From the NCBI GenBank assembly GCA_045863395.1, contig BTVJ01000001.1, forward strand, positions 192,001 to 256,000: DNA of 64,000 nt, written 5' to 3'. How positions within the stretch are numbered: position 1 is the first letter of the stretch; each line of letters starts with the position of its first letter. Position numbers and translations under genes: made by a program. The notes under the pieces were generated by a model that saw only the letters and a program-made list of their open reading frames with translations, did not search any database and had not been told where the DNA came from. This DNA is from Myxococcales bacterium (GTDB taxonomy: Bacteria; Myxococcota_A; UBA9042; JABWCM01; BTVJ01). Shown one piece after another: positions 1 to 11,028 of this stretch.

Positions 1-171
1 CTCGCGGGTGAGCCCTGCGCGCTGGTAGGCCTCGCCCACCTTGAGCTGGGTCCGGATGTCGCCCGGCTCGAGCTTCAGCGCCTTCTCGTACTCCGCGATG
101 GCCTTCTTGTGCTGGCCCTTCTCGGCGTACCTCTGGGCGGAGGCGATCAGCTTGGACTTGTTGGCAGCCAC
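1..171 (-). CDS. TPR protein, 5' part only (runs off the window edge); possibly SgmX-like
   Basis: Not in the ORF track. Manual translation from GTG at 171 gives MAANKSKLIASAQRYAEKGQHKKAIAEYEKALKLEPGDIRTQLKVGEAYQRAGLTRE, a TPR pattern. Position downstream of pilQ...efp recalls the myxobacterial pil locus. Confidence 0.75.
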   Translation of the reverse strand, partial: MAANKSKLIASAQRYAEKGQHKKAIAEYEKALKLEPGDIRTQLKVGEAYQRAGLTRE

Positions 172-339
172 AGTGCCCTCGTCCGTCCTTTGTGCGAGCG
201 GCGCAGCGCGCCAAGGCAACACAGGCTACACCGTGAACCCGGATCGGGCAATGCGTCCGCGCTACCAGAGCCTCTGCGCGGGCACAGTCGCGACGCATCC
301 GTCGCCCTGGGAGCGGTCGCCCGGCCGGCGCGCCTGCCG

Positions 340-903
340 CTAGCGGTTGACCTTCTCCACGTAGGCCCCATCGCGGGTGTCGACCTTGATGGTGTCGCCC
401 TCGTTGATGAAGAGTGGCACGTTGAGCTGATAGCCCGTCTCCAAGGTCACGGGCTTGGTCGCGCCCGACGAGGTGTCGCCCTTCACGCCCGGCTCCGCGA
501 AGGTGACCTTCAGCTCCATGAACGTCGGCATCTCGATGTTCAGGGGGCGGCCATTGTGGAAGAGCACGGAGCACGTCGTGTTCTCCTTCAGGAAGTTGAC
601 GACGTCGCCGAGCACGTCGCGCTCGATCACGAACTGCTCGTAGTTCTCCGTGTTCATGAAGGTGAAGTGATCGCCCTCCACATAGAGGTACTGGGCGTCG
701 TGCTCTTCCAGGTCGGGCTTGTCCACCTTCTCGCCCGACTTGAGGGTCTTCTCCAGCACCCGCCCCGACACGAGGCTCTTGATGCGGGTCCGGGTGAACT
801 GGTTCCCCTTGCCCGGCTTGACGTGCTGGAAGTCCGTGATGATGAAGGGCTCACCGTCCATCTCGATCTTGAGGCCCTTCCTGAAATCGCTCGTGTTGTA
901 CAT
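340..903 (-). CDS. efp: Elongation factor P
   Basis: MYNTSDFRKGLKIEMDGEP, QHVKPGKG loop, PGVKGDT, VPLFINEGDTIKVDTRDGAYVEK. Confidence 0.97.
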   Translation of the reverse strand: MYNTSDFRKGLKIEMDGEPFIITDFQHVKPGKGNQFTRTRIKSLVSGRVLEKTLKSGEKVDKPDLEEHDAQYLYVEGDHFTFMNTENYEQFVIERDVLGDVVNFLKENTTCSVLFHNGRPLNIEMPTFMELKVTFAEPGVKGDTSSGATKPVTLETGYQLNVPLFINEGDTIKVDTRDGAYVEKVNR

Positions 904-983
904 GGTGTCTCCGTGGTCGATGCCGAGCCCCAATCGTCGCGGGGCGGTTGTTCTCAGTCGGTTTCAGCCTTCGTCAGTCGTTC

Positions 984-1439
984 TCAGCCGCTCTCGGGTG
1001 TCACGACGTCGCGGAGGTGCTCCAACAGCCCCTCCAACGCAATACAGTAGCCGTGGGCACCGAAGCCCATGACACGCCCGACGACCATGTCGGCGAGCAG
1101 CGATTGGTGGCGGAAGAGTTCACGCGCGTACACGTTGGTCAGGTGAACCTCGACCGCCGGGAGGGCCGCCGCGAGCAATGCGTCGCGGATGGCCACGCTG
1201 GTGTGAGTATAGCCGGCGGGGTTGATCAACACGCCGTCGAAGCTCCCAGGTGCCTGCTGGATCCAGTCGACGAGGACTCCCTCGTGGTTGCTCTGACGGC
1301 AGTCGACGACCGCCCCGCTTGCCACCGCCCGGGTGGCCAGGCGGTCGTCGATCTCGGAGAGGGTCACACGCCCGTACCGCTGCGGCTCCCGCTGCCCGAG
1401 CAGGTTCAGGTTGGGTCCGTGCAACACCAGCACCCTCAA
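984..1439 (-). CDS. aroQ: Type II 3-dehydroquinate dehydratase
   Basis: [59 protein letters not shown]. Confidence 0.97.
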   Translation of the reverse strand: MRVLVLHGPNLNLLGQREPQRYGRVTLSEIDDRLATRAVASGAVVDCRQSNHEGVLVDWIQQAPGSFDGVLINPAGYTHTSVAIRDALLAAALPAVEVHLTNVYARELFRHQSLLADMVVGRVMGFGAHGYCIALEGLLEHLRDVVTPESG

Positions 1440-1711
1440 GACGCCCTCTCCACCAGGCTGTGGACGACCTGCCTCCGCCGAACGACCCGGTCGAGCAGCG
1501 CCCGCAGCAGCGCCACCCTCGACCTCCCACCAGCATCCCCTCGCGTCGAGGCGGCGCCGCCGTCGAGCAGGCCGCGGGCCGCCGCGAGACGCTCCCTCAG
1601 CTCGGCCCGCTCGGGCGAGCGCTGGACCAGCGCCTCGAGCACCCGCACCGCCTCAGCGTAGTGCCCCTGACGGATGTACAGGTCAGCGAGAGTCGCGGTC
1701 ACAAGCGGCAC
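1436..1711 (-). CDS. Small single-TPR protein
   Basis: [29 protein letters not shown] is a TPR motif. Its stop overlaps the aroQ start by 4 nt. Confidence 0.7.
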   Translation of the reverse strand: MPLVTATLADLYIRQGHYAEAVRVLEALVQRSPERAELRERLAAARGLLDGGAASTRGDAGGRSRVALLRALLDRVVRRRQVVHSLVERAS

Positions 1712-1830
1712 GAATCCGCCTCCCGAGCGCAGGGCAGGGGCGATCTCTATCGGAAATCGCGATGGGGGTCAATCGGAGGGCCGCGCACCTCGCGCTGGAT
1801 CAAGGCAGCGCCGCGGGCCAGTGCCGGCGA

Positions 1831-2658
1831 CTACTTCTTGACGGGCGGGAGGCAGAGGGCCGCCTCCTTCTTGCTGACGGCGAGCTGGTAGCAGGCACGG
1901 CAGTCCACCCCTTCATCCTGCCCGGGGAAGCAGGGCAGCGTCACCTCCTCGGTGGGCGGCAGGGTGCAGTCGAGCACGGGGAAGAACACGAGGCACCCAT
2001 TGCAGACGTTCAGCGGGTAGACGAACTCGTTGGAGTTGACGGTGTCCCCATCCTTCATGACCGCCTCGACGGTCACCCGCACCAGGATCTGGGTCGTGGC
2101 ATAGCGCTCCGACAGGATCTTCGACAGGCGCAGCGTCTCGCCGACCCTCGGTGGAACCACCTCGAGGACCGCTACGGTGGTCGACCCTGGCTCGATGCTC
2201 CCCGACGTGAACACGAACTGGCCCTGGGGCACCTCGACTCCCTGGTTCTCTGCGAGATCCGCCTGGATGTCCTCCGGGATGTCGTAGTAGACGGTGGCCC
2301 CCGTGATCTGGACCGTGTTGTTCTCCAGACGCAGGGTCGAAGGTCCCTGGCCCGAGATCTCCGCGCTCGTCGGCATGCCGTTCTCCACGGAGGGGAACAG
2401 CAGGTAGCGGTTCGTGATGCCGATGTCCATCCACCCGATGGGGCGGGTGATCTGACCGCCGGCGCGCGCCACGCACGACGAGGCCCGATCCACCGCCTGG
2501 TTGAACTGGACGAAGAGCGCCTGCGGGCTCCGGTCGGTGCAGCCCGCGACCCCCACGAGCGCAACCGCGAGGGCGGCGGCCCGCGCCCGGAGTGTCCCTG
2601 CGCTGCCCGCCCTGCTCGATGTGTCCCTGCTCTGCCCGTTCACCATGTTCCCTCTCAC
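1831..2658 (-). CDS. Hypothetical lipoprotein with a Cys-rich C-terminus (start uncertain)
   Basis: Lipobox-like AVALVGVAGC, typical high-GC3 codons, C-terminal VCNGCL...PCFPGQDEGVDCRACY. Confidence 0.75.
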   Translation of the reverse strand: MRGNMVNGQSRDTSSRAGSAGTLRARAAALAVALVGVAGCTDRSPQALFVQFNQAVDRASSCVARAGGQITRPIGWMDIGITNRYLLFPSVENGMPTSAEISGQGPSTLRLENNTVQITGATVYYDIPEDIQADLAENQGVEVPQGQFVFTSGSIEPGSTTVAVLEVVPPRVGETLRLSKILSERYATTQILVRVTVEAVMKDGDTVNSNEFVYPLNVCNGCLVFFPVLDCTLPPTEEVTLPCFPGQDEGVDCRACYQLAVSKKEAALCLPPVKK

Positions 2659-2679
2659 GTGCGGACCTGGTTCCTCGCA

Positions 2680-3765
2680 CTATCCCAAGAAGGCCTCACC
2701 AGCGAGCCGGAGCAGGCTGGCCATCGACAGGCTCACCGTCTCCACCTTCCCGATGGCACGCACGGCGACGAACCGGATGTCGCTGCCGCGCGCCTTCTTG
2801 TCGTGGCGCATCGCCGACGCCCAGGGGGCGTCCCTGTAGGGGGCCGGATCCGTCAGGAGCCGGCAGCCCTCCAACGCATCGGTGATCGCGTCCTCGACCT
2901 CCGGCCCGCACATCCCGAGCCGCCTCGACACCCTGGCTGCCACCACCATCCCGAGGCCGACGGCCTCGCCGTGGTTGAGCTCCGTGTACCCCGTCGCGGC
3001 CTCGATGCCGTGCCCGACGGTGTGGCCGAAGTTCAGGACCTCGCGGACGCCCGCCTCCGTCTCGTCTGCGGCCACGATGCCCGCCTTGACCCGACAGCAG
3101 AGGGTCACGATGGGCTCGATGACGTCCGGGCACCTGTCGAGGATCGCCGCCTCGTCCCGGCTGATGGACTCCAGCAGGGAGGGCTCCGCGATCACCCCGT
3201 ACTTTATCACCTCGGCCAGCCCGCAGCTAAGATCGCGGTCCGCCAGGCTACGCAGGGCGCCGAGGGGCACATGGACCAGCGACGGCTGGTGGAAGGTGCC
3301 TATCTGGTTCTTGCCAGCCTCGTGGTTGACGCCGGTCTTCCCACCGACGCTGCTGTCCACCATGGCGAGCAGCGACGTCGGCACCATCACCAGGGGCACG
3401 CCCCGCAGGTAGATGCTCGCTACGAAGCCGGCGAGATCTCCCACCACGCCACCGCCCAGGGCCACCACCGGGCGCCTGCGCCCGTGGCCCGTGTCGATGA
3501 GCCAGCCGATCAGCTCCTCCGCCTGCGCCATCGACTTCGAGCGCTCTCCAGGCGCGATCACCCGGAGGCGCGGCGACATGCCCAGCTCCCGCAGGCACCT
3601 GGTGAGGGGCTCCGCATAGAGGGGAGCCACCGTGCCGTCCGAGATCACCGCCACCGCACCCTCGGCGAAGCGGTCTGCGATGGCCTTTGCGGCCCTCCAC
3701 GGCCGGCCCCGCTCGATGCGGACTGGGTAGCTCCGCTCCCCAAGGGAGACCTGGACGATCTTCAT
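2680..3765 (-). CDS. aroB: 3-dehydroquinate synthase
   Basis: MKIVQVSLGERSYPVRI, GERSKS, ALGGGVVGDLAGF, PTSLLAMVDSSVGGKTG, LNFGHTVGHGIE, LNHGEAV. ATGA overlap with aroK. Confidence 0.97.
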   Translation of the reverse strand: MKIVQVSLGERSYPVRIERGRPWRAAKAIADRFAEGAVAVISDGTVAPLYAEPLTRCLRELGMSPRLRVIAPGERSKSMAQAEELIGWLIDTGHGRRRPVVALGGGVVGDLAGFVASIYLRGVPLVMVPTSLLAMVDSSVGGKTGVNHEAGKNQIGTFHQPSLVHVPLGALRSLADRDLSCGLAEVIKYGVIAEPSLLESISRDEAAILDRCPDVIEPIVTLCCRVKAGIVAADETEAGVREVLNFGHTVGHGIEAATGYTELNHGEAVGLGMVVAARVSRRLGMCGPEVEDAITDALEGCRLLTDPAPYRDAPWASAMRHDKKARGSDIRFVAVRAIGKVETVSLSMASLLRLAGEAFLG

Positions 3766-4295
3766 CGGGCCTCCTCCGCGCCACGGCCCATGCGACGGGC
3801 GACCGTCCGGGCCACCTGGTCCGGTGACCGGTCGCCCGCCTCGACACGCACGTGGGCGCGGGAATACCAGGTCCTCCGGCGCTCGCTCAGCTCCATGAGC
3901 ACGAACTCGGGATCTGCCGCAGCGTCGAGGAGCGGCCGACCAGCGGTGTCCCCGATGCGACGGCGGAGCTCCTGCGCAGGCGCGTCCAACCATACGACCA
4001 GCGTCCCTGGCCCCACGAGGCTCCAGGCGACCTCGCTGCACAGTGTGCCTCCACCAGTGGCGACGACGACGCGGACCTGCTTGGACACCTCGCGGAGCGC
4101 CGCCTGCTCACGGCGCCGAAAGCCCTCCTCGCCCTCGGCGGCGAAGATGGCCGGGATGTCGCAACCCGCGGCCTGCGCGACCAGAGCGTCCGTGTCGAGC
4201 GGCACCCACCCGAGCCGCGCAGCGAGGAGCCCTGCGACCGTCGTCTTGCCCACCCCCATCGGCCCGATGAGCAGCACCCGCTCTGCTTGCTCCAT
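3762..4295 (-). CDS. aroK: Shikimate kinase
   Basis: LIGPMGVGKTT P-loop, DTD, IFAAEGEEGFRRRE, VATGGG, RPLL. Confidence 0.96.
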   Translation of the reverse strand: MEQAERVLLIGPMGVGKTTVAGLLAARLGWVPLDTDALVAQAAGCDIPAIFAAEGEEGFRRREQAALREVSKQVRVVVATGGGTLCSEVAWSLVGPGTLVVWLDAPAQELRRRIGDTAGRPLLDAAADPEFVLMELSERRRTWYSRAHVRVEAGDRSPDQVARTVARRMGRGAEEAR

Positions 4296-4339
4296 GTCAG
4301 AGAGCCTCGCGGAGTCGGCTGACCGCCCCGCCCCGACGC

Positions 4340-7300
4340 TCACGGCGCCGCCACCGACGCCTGCCGGTTGATGATGCGCGGTGTCAGGAAGATCAGCAGC
4401 TCGCTCCGCTGGTCGGTCTCGCTGCGGGTCTTGAACAACCAACCCAGGATGGGGATGTCTCCAAGCAACGGCACCTTGCTGTAGTTGGTGCCTTGGTTAC
4501 GCGTATAGATTCCCCCGATGACCGTGGTGTCGCCGTCCCGGAGCAGGAGCTCCGTGTGAGCCTCCTTCTTCTGGATGGTCGGGTTGCCGTTGGCACCGGT
4601 CCGACCGAAGTCCGGCTCGTTCTTGGAGATGTCGATCTTCATCGCGATGGTGCCGTCCTGGGTGACGTGTGGCGTCACCTCCAATTTGAGCTCCGCGTTG
4701 AAGAACTGGGTGTTGACGCCCTGAGCCGACACGACGCTGATCGGGATGGACACGCCCTGACGGATGGTGGCCGCGGCGTTGTCGAGGGTCGAGATCTTCG
4801 GACTCGACACGATCTTGACGAAGCCCTCCTCCTCCGCCGCGGACAGCCGCAGGTTGATGTTCGCCGACTGGCTCAGATTGCCGAGGGTGAAGCCGATGGC
4901 GCCGCCTGAGCCTTGGCCTGCGGGAGCGGGCAGGTTGACCGCGAAGCCTGGCTGGTTCGTGTAGAGGCCGTCCGTCAGCGCCTGGCGGCCCGTGGCGCCG
5001 CCCGAGATGCCGACGATGCTCGGGAAGGAGAGGCCCGTCTCGTTGCCAAAGGCTGGCGACATGGCGAAGTTGCCGCCCCACTGGATGCCGACGTCCCGCG
5101 TGAAGCTCGACGACGCCTCGACGATGCGGGCCTCGATGAGCACCTGCGGCGTCTGGGTATCCAGCCGCCGGACCAGGTCCTCGGCAGCGATGATGTGGTC
5201 CTCGATGTCCTTGATGATCAGGGTGTTGGTGCGGTCATCGGTGCTGACGGAGCCCTTGGGACTCCGGATCTTGTCCACCTGCTCCGCAAGCGCGCTCGCC
5301 TTGCCGTAGTTGACGGGAATCAGGCGTACGTAGAGGGGCTTCAGGTCCACCTTCTTCTTGCGCTTCTCGATCTCGTCGTCGATCTCCTTCTTGATGGTGT
5401 CGATGGGCGCCACCCGGTAGATGCCCTCCTCCTTGACGTAATCGAGGCCCTTGGTGCGCAGGATCATGTCGAGCGCCAGGTCCCAGGGGATGTCCTCCAG
5501 GTGGAAGGTCACGCGGCCGCTGACATCCTCGCCGGCGATGATGTTCACCCTGCCCTCCTTGGCCAGGAAGGTGAGCACATGCTGGATGTCGGCGTCCTTG
5601 ATGGTCAGGTTGATGCGCTTGCCCGTGTAACGCTTCTTCTTCTTGCGCTTGTCGAAGGTCGGATTGATCGGCGTGTACGAGACGTCCGCAGCCGGAGCGG
5701 CCGCCGCCTGGCTGACCACGTTCGGGTAGTACCGCACCCCCGAGGTGGGCGGCGCGGGTGGCGGGACCGAGGCCGGAGAACGCGTCCCCGCGACCGGCGG
5801 GGGCGTCACCGCCGTTGAGCGATCGAACTCCCAGACCAGCGTGTCCTTCTCGCGCCGCAGGCGGTTCGAGACAGGGTTGCGCAGGTTGACCACGACGCGC
5901 ACGGCCCCCTGCTCCGACGGCTCCGTGGACTCGAAGGAGCTGACCATGGTGACCGACCCGTGGAAGTCCGAGACGTCAAGGCTCCGGCGCAGCTCCGAGG
6001 GCAGCGCCACATCACGGAGCAGGAGCACCGCCTGGCTACCGCTCTGGTCGATGACCTCGTACCGGGTGTCCGGCGTGACACCAATCTCTACCTGGGACCG
6101 CCCCGCGTCCTCGCGGAAGTCGATGCGGGCCACCGGGACCGTCGCCGCGCTCACCCTGGCGCCGGCCTGCGAGCGCGCTGCTGCGAGCATCCGGTCTGCC
6201 TCGGCTCGGGCCAGGCGGGCCGCCTCTGCATCCCTCTCGGCCTGGTCGCGCGCCGCCCGAGCTGCCGCCGTGTCGAGACCGGCCAGGCGCGCTGCCTCGT
6301 GGCGCGCCGCCCGCGCAGCCTCCGCCTCGCGGGCGGCCTGCTCACGCGCCATGCGCGCGGCCTCCGACTCCCGCCCGGCGACACGGGCAGCCTCCTCGCG
6401 CGCGGCGCGAGCCGCCTCCGCGTCCCGCTCCGCTTGCTCGCGGGCCACGCGCGCCGCCGCGGTGTCGAGCTCTGCCTGCCTGGCAGCGGTCACCTTCGCG
6501 GTGCGCGCCGCCTCCGCGTCGCGCTCCGCCTGCTCTCGCGCGTGCCGCGCCGCCTCCGTGTCCTGGCCGGCAAGCCGCGCCGCCTCCTCGCGCGCCTGAC
6601 GCGCCGCCTCCGCGTCCCGCTCCGCCTGCTCCCGCGCCTGCCGCGCCGCCTCCGTGTCCTTGCCGGCAAGCCGCGCCGCCTCCTCGCGCGCCAGCCGCGC
6701 CGCCTCCGCGTCCCGCTCCGCCTGCTCCCGCGCCTGCCGCGCCGCCTCCATCTCCGCCGCGGCCTTCCGCGACGCGGCCTCCTGCTCCGCGCGCGCCTCC
6801 TGTGCCTTCCGGAGCGCCTCCTCCTGTGCCGCGCGCATCTTTCCGATCTTCGTGTCGGACGCGCCAAGGGCCGCCTCGGACGCGTCGATGCGTGCGCGCA
6901 GACGCGAGATCTCCTCCTGGTAGGAGCGCTCGACCGACGCCCGATCTCCGCGCTGGGCCTCCGCCAACGACAGGCGCTGCTCCAGGTCGGCCAGCCGGGC
7001 GGCGACCGCCTTCTCCGCCGCGCGGGCCCGCTCCTCGCCCGCCTGCCGCTCGTCGCGGAGCTGCCGCTCGAGGTCCTTGACGGCGGGCCCGGCCGCCCCA
7101 GCACGGGCCTTCTCCTGCGCGAGCCTCGCCTCCAGCGCCGCGACCTTGGCGGCCAGCGCCCGTGAGTCGCTCAGCGCGTCCTTGCGCGCCTGGTCCTCGA
7201 TGCGAGCGCGCTCCGCATCGAGCTTCGCCAGCTTCGACGCCTGCTCACCGAGGGAACTCTCCAGCTCGACGATGCGCGCGTCCCGGGCCTTGACCGCCGC

Positions 7301-8896
7301 GTCGAGTTCTGCTCGGGCTCGCGCCGCGTCATCGCTCGCCTTGCGCGCCACGCCGAGCTCCTGCTCCAGGCGCCCGGCGGCCGCCTTCGCGTCGCTCGCC
7401 GCCTTGAGCGCCGCCGTCAGCCGTGCCTTGGCATCCTTGCCGGCCTTGCCGCTGACCTGACGCGTGGCCGCGAGCTCCGCCTGAAGCGCGTCGCTGGCGC
7501 GCTGCGCCTCCGCCGACGCGCTGCGCGCCGCCTCCAGCTCGCCTTCGAGGCGAGAGATGGCTTGCTCCTTCTGGACGATCTCCTTCTGGCCGCTCTGCTT
7601 CGTCTCCTGAAGCTCGCCTTGAAGCCGGTGCACCTCGGCCTCGGCCACCCGCGCGCGGTCCAGGGCGTCCGCAAGCCGCGCCACCTCCTGCTCCTTCTGC
7701 GCCAGCACTCCCTCCAGTCTGGCCACCTCTGCCTGCCGCGCGCCCTCGTCCGTTCGCTGGGTGCGCGCCGCCTCCGCTCGCGCCTTCTCCGCGGCGACGA
7801 GATCCTCGCGAACTCGAGCCAGCTCCCCCCGCCCCGCGTCCAGCTCCTGGCGCAGCGAGGCGACCTTGGCCTCCTCCTTTTGGCGCGCGGCCGTCACCTC
7901 GGAGAGCCTTCGCTGCTCCTTGTCCAGATCGTCGCGGAGCGCGCGCACGCGGGCCTCCTGGATGCCCACATCCGACTGGAGCTCCTCGTTCTCGCGCTTC
8001 TTGGCCTGCCAGGCGCCCTCGAGCTCAACCAGGGCCCGCTCCTTCGCCCGAAGCGAAGCGCTGAGGGTCGCCTCGCGCTCCAGCACGCGCGCCCTCTGCG
8101 CCTCGATCTCCTGCGCGAGCTGCGCGAGACGAGCCTCTTCTGCCTTCCGCGTGGCCTCCTGCTCGGGGAGCGCCTCGCTCAGGGAGCGCTGAACCCGCTC
8201 CTGCTCGGCGACCGTGCGCGCCAGGGAGTCCCGCTCGGCCCGGAGCGCGTCCACCGACGCCTGCTCGGACGCCCGGGCGCCCTCTGCGGACGCGCGCGCG
8301 GCCTCCATCTGCTCACGCAGGGCCTCCTCGGCGCGCCGCTGCTCTGCCGCCTTCGTCCGGAGCTGCTCCTCCTTGAGGCGCTCCAGCTTCAGCTTCTGCA
8401 GGAGGTCTCGCTCCCGGTCCACCGCCGCACGCACCCGCTCGTGCTCGGCGCGCAAGGCGCCTGTGTCGGGTCCAGTGCCAGCGGCGCGGCCCGCCCCATC
8501 GACGACCACACGGATGCTGGACCCGTCGGCATCCACCCGGTAGGTCGCGTCCTTGGTGAGGCCGATGATCACGCGCCCGATGGGCGTGCCGTCGTTGCGG
8601 AACTGCAGGGTCCCGATCTGGCCCACGACACCATTGTCCACGTCGATGGTGGAGTCCGCCCCGGACACGTCGCCGTTGGCGACGTCCACGAACAGGCGCA
8701 CCGGGTCTGCGAGCTTGAAGACGTTGAAGGTCGGGTGGGCCGAACCCCGGACGACGATCACCGTGCTGTCCGCGGTCTCCTCGACCACGATCCCCCGGAT
8801 CGCGTTGACCTCCGCGCGCGGCGCCTGTGCGCGGGCCGGCGGGGCCGCGGTCGTCACGACTGCGACCATGACCGAAGCCACGAGGCAGAATCTCAT
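4340..8896 (-). CDS. pilQ: Type IV pilus secretin PilQ (1518 aa) with a very large coiled-coil insertion between its AMIN domains
   Basis: Signal peptide; AMIN domain (FKLADPVRLFVDV); ~770 aa of E/A/R/K/Q coiled coil; second AMIN (LRRSLDVSDFHGSV); YTGKRINLTIKDADI (N0); DDRTNTLII; LDTQTPQVLIEARIVE; KVPLLGDIPILGWLFK...ELLIFLTPRI. Followed by aroK-aroB. Confidence 0.93.
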   Translation of the reverse strand: MRFCLVASVMVAVVTTAAPPARAQAPRAEVNAIRGIVVEETADSTVIVVRGSAHPTFNVFKLADPVRLFVDVANGDVSGADSTIDVDNGVVGQIGTLQFRNDGTPIGRVIIGLTKDATYRVDADGSSIRVVVDGAGRAAGTGPDTGALRAEHERVRAAVDRERDLLQKLKLERLKEEQLRTKAAEQRRAEEALREQMEAARASAEGARASEQASVDALRAERDSLARTVAEQERVQRSLSEALPEQEATRKAEEARLAQLAQEIEAQRARVLEREATLSASLRAKERALVELEGAWQAKKRENEELQSDVGIQEARVRALRDDLDKEQRRLSEVTAARQKEEAKVASLRQELDAGRGELARVREDLVAAEKARAEAARTQRTDEGARQAEVARLEGVLAQKEQEVARLADALDRARVAEAEVHRLQGELQETKQSGQKEIVQKEQAISRLEGELEAARSASAEAQRASDALQAELAATRQVSGKAGKDAKARLTAALKAASDAKAAAGRLEQELGVARKASDDAARARAELDAAVKARDARIVELESSLGEQASKLAKLDAERARIEDQARKDALSDSRALAAKVAALEARLAQEKARAGAAGPAVKDLERQLRDERQAGEERARAAEKAVAARLADLEQRLSLAEAQRGDRASVERSYQEEISRLRARIDASEAALGASDTKIGKMRAAQEEALRKAQEARAEQEAASRKAAAEMEAARQAREQAERDAEAARLAREEAARLAGKDTEAARQAREQAERDAEAARQAREEAARLAGQDTEAARHAREQAERDAEAARTAKVTAARQAELDTAAARVAREQAERDAEAARAAREEAARVAGRESEAARMAREQAAREAEAARAARHEAARLAGLDTAAARAARDQAERDAEAARLARAEADRMLAAARSQAGARVSAATVPVARIDFREDAGRSQVEIGVTPDTRYEVIDQSGSQAVLLLRDVALPSELRRSLDVSDFHGSVTMVSSFESTEPSEQGAVRVVVNLRNPVSNRLRREKDTLVWEFDRSTAVTPPPVAGTRSPASVPPPAPPTSGVRYYPNVVSQAAAAPAADVSYTPINPTFDKRKKKKRYTGKRINLTIKDADIQHVLTFLAKEGRVNIIAGEDVSGRVTFHLEDIPWDLALDMILRTKGLDYVKEEGIYRVAPIDTIKKEIDDEIEKRKKKVDLKPLYVRLIPVNYGKASALAEQVDKIRSPKGSVSTDDRTNTLIIKDIEDHIIAAEDLVRRLDTQTPQVLIEARIVEASSSFTRDVGIQWGGNFAMSPAFGNETGLSFPSIVGISGGATGRQALTDGLYTNQPGFAVNLPAPAGQGSGGAIGFTLGNLSQSANINLRLSAAEEEGFVKIVSSPKISTLDNAAATIRQGVSIPISVVSAQGVNTQFFNAELKLEVTPHVTQDGTIAMKIDISKNEPDFGRTGANGNPTIQKKEAHTELLLRDGDTTVIGGIYTRNQGTNYSKVPLLGDIPILGWLFKTRSETDQRSELLIFLTPRIINRQASVAAP
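6200..6748 (-). repeat. About 5.5 copies of a 96-bp (32-aa) coding tandem repeat in pilQ
   Basis: The unit EAARQAREQAERDA-EAARLAREEAARLAGKDT recurs with variation. Confidence 0.85.
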
Positions 8897-8975
8897 TCGG
8901 GATCCTCCAGAGCGTGCCGGACGGACCAGGGGGCACGGCACGCCTCGCCCGGTCCGCAACAACCCGCTGATTTCA

Positions 8976-8992
8976 CGCACGAAACGAGCCAA
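8976..8992 (-). promoter_or_regulatory. Possible sigma-54 promoter for pilQ
   Basis: Minus strand reads TTGGCTCGTTTCGTGCG (GG-N10-GC), about 80 nt upstream of the pilQ ATG. Confidence 0.35.
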
Positions 8993-9200
8993 GGCGTCCT
9001 CATGATGCTCCGAGCGCCGGCCGATCCTAGCCACGAGCCGCCGGTTGAGCAAGAAAAACCGGGCGTTCGAGCCATCCACGCAGCGGCCCTCCGCGACGCC
9101 GTCCCCTGGGGACGGCTCACGCGCGGCCAGAACCCAACGGGATCGAGGGCTGGTTGCATGACGCAAACCGTTCTAGCACGAGCGCCGCCCGATGGAAACG

Positions 9201-11024
<1,824 letters not shown>

Positions 11025-11028
11025 AGGA

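Noticed and set aside
8897..9166. N-terminal extensions given by the ORF track for pilQ and several other genes
   Set aside because: Downstream starts have an RBS and signal peptides or family N-termini; the extensions are low-information.
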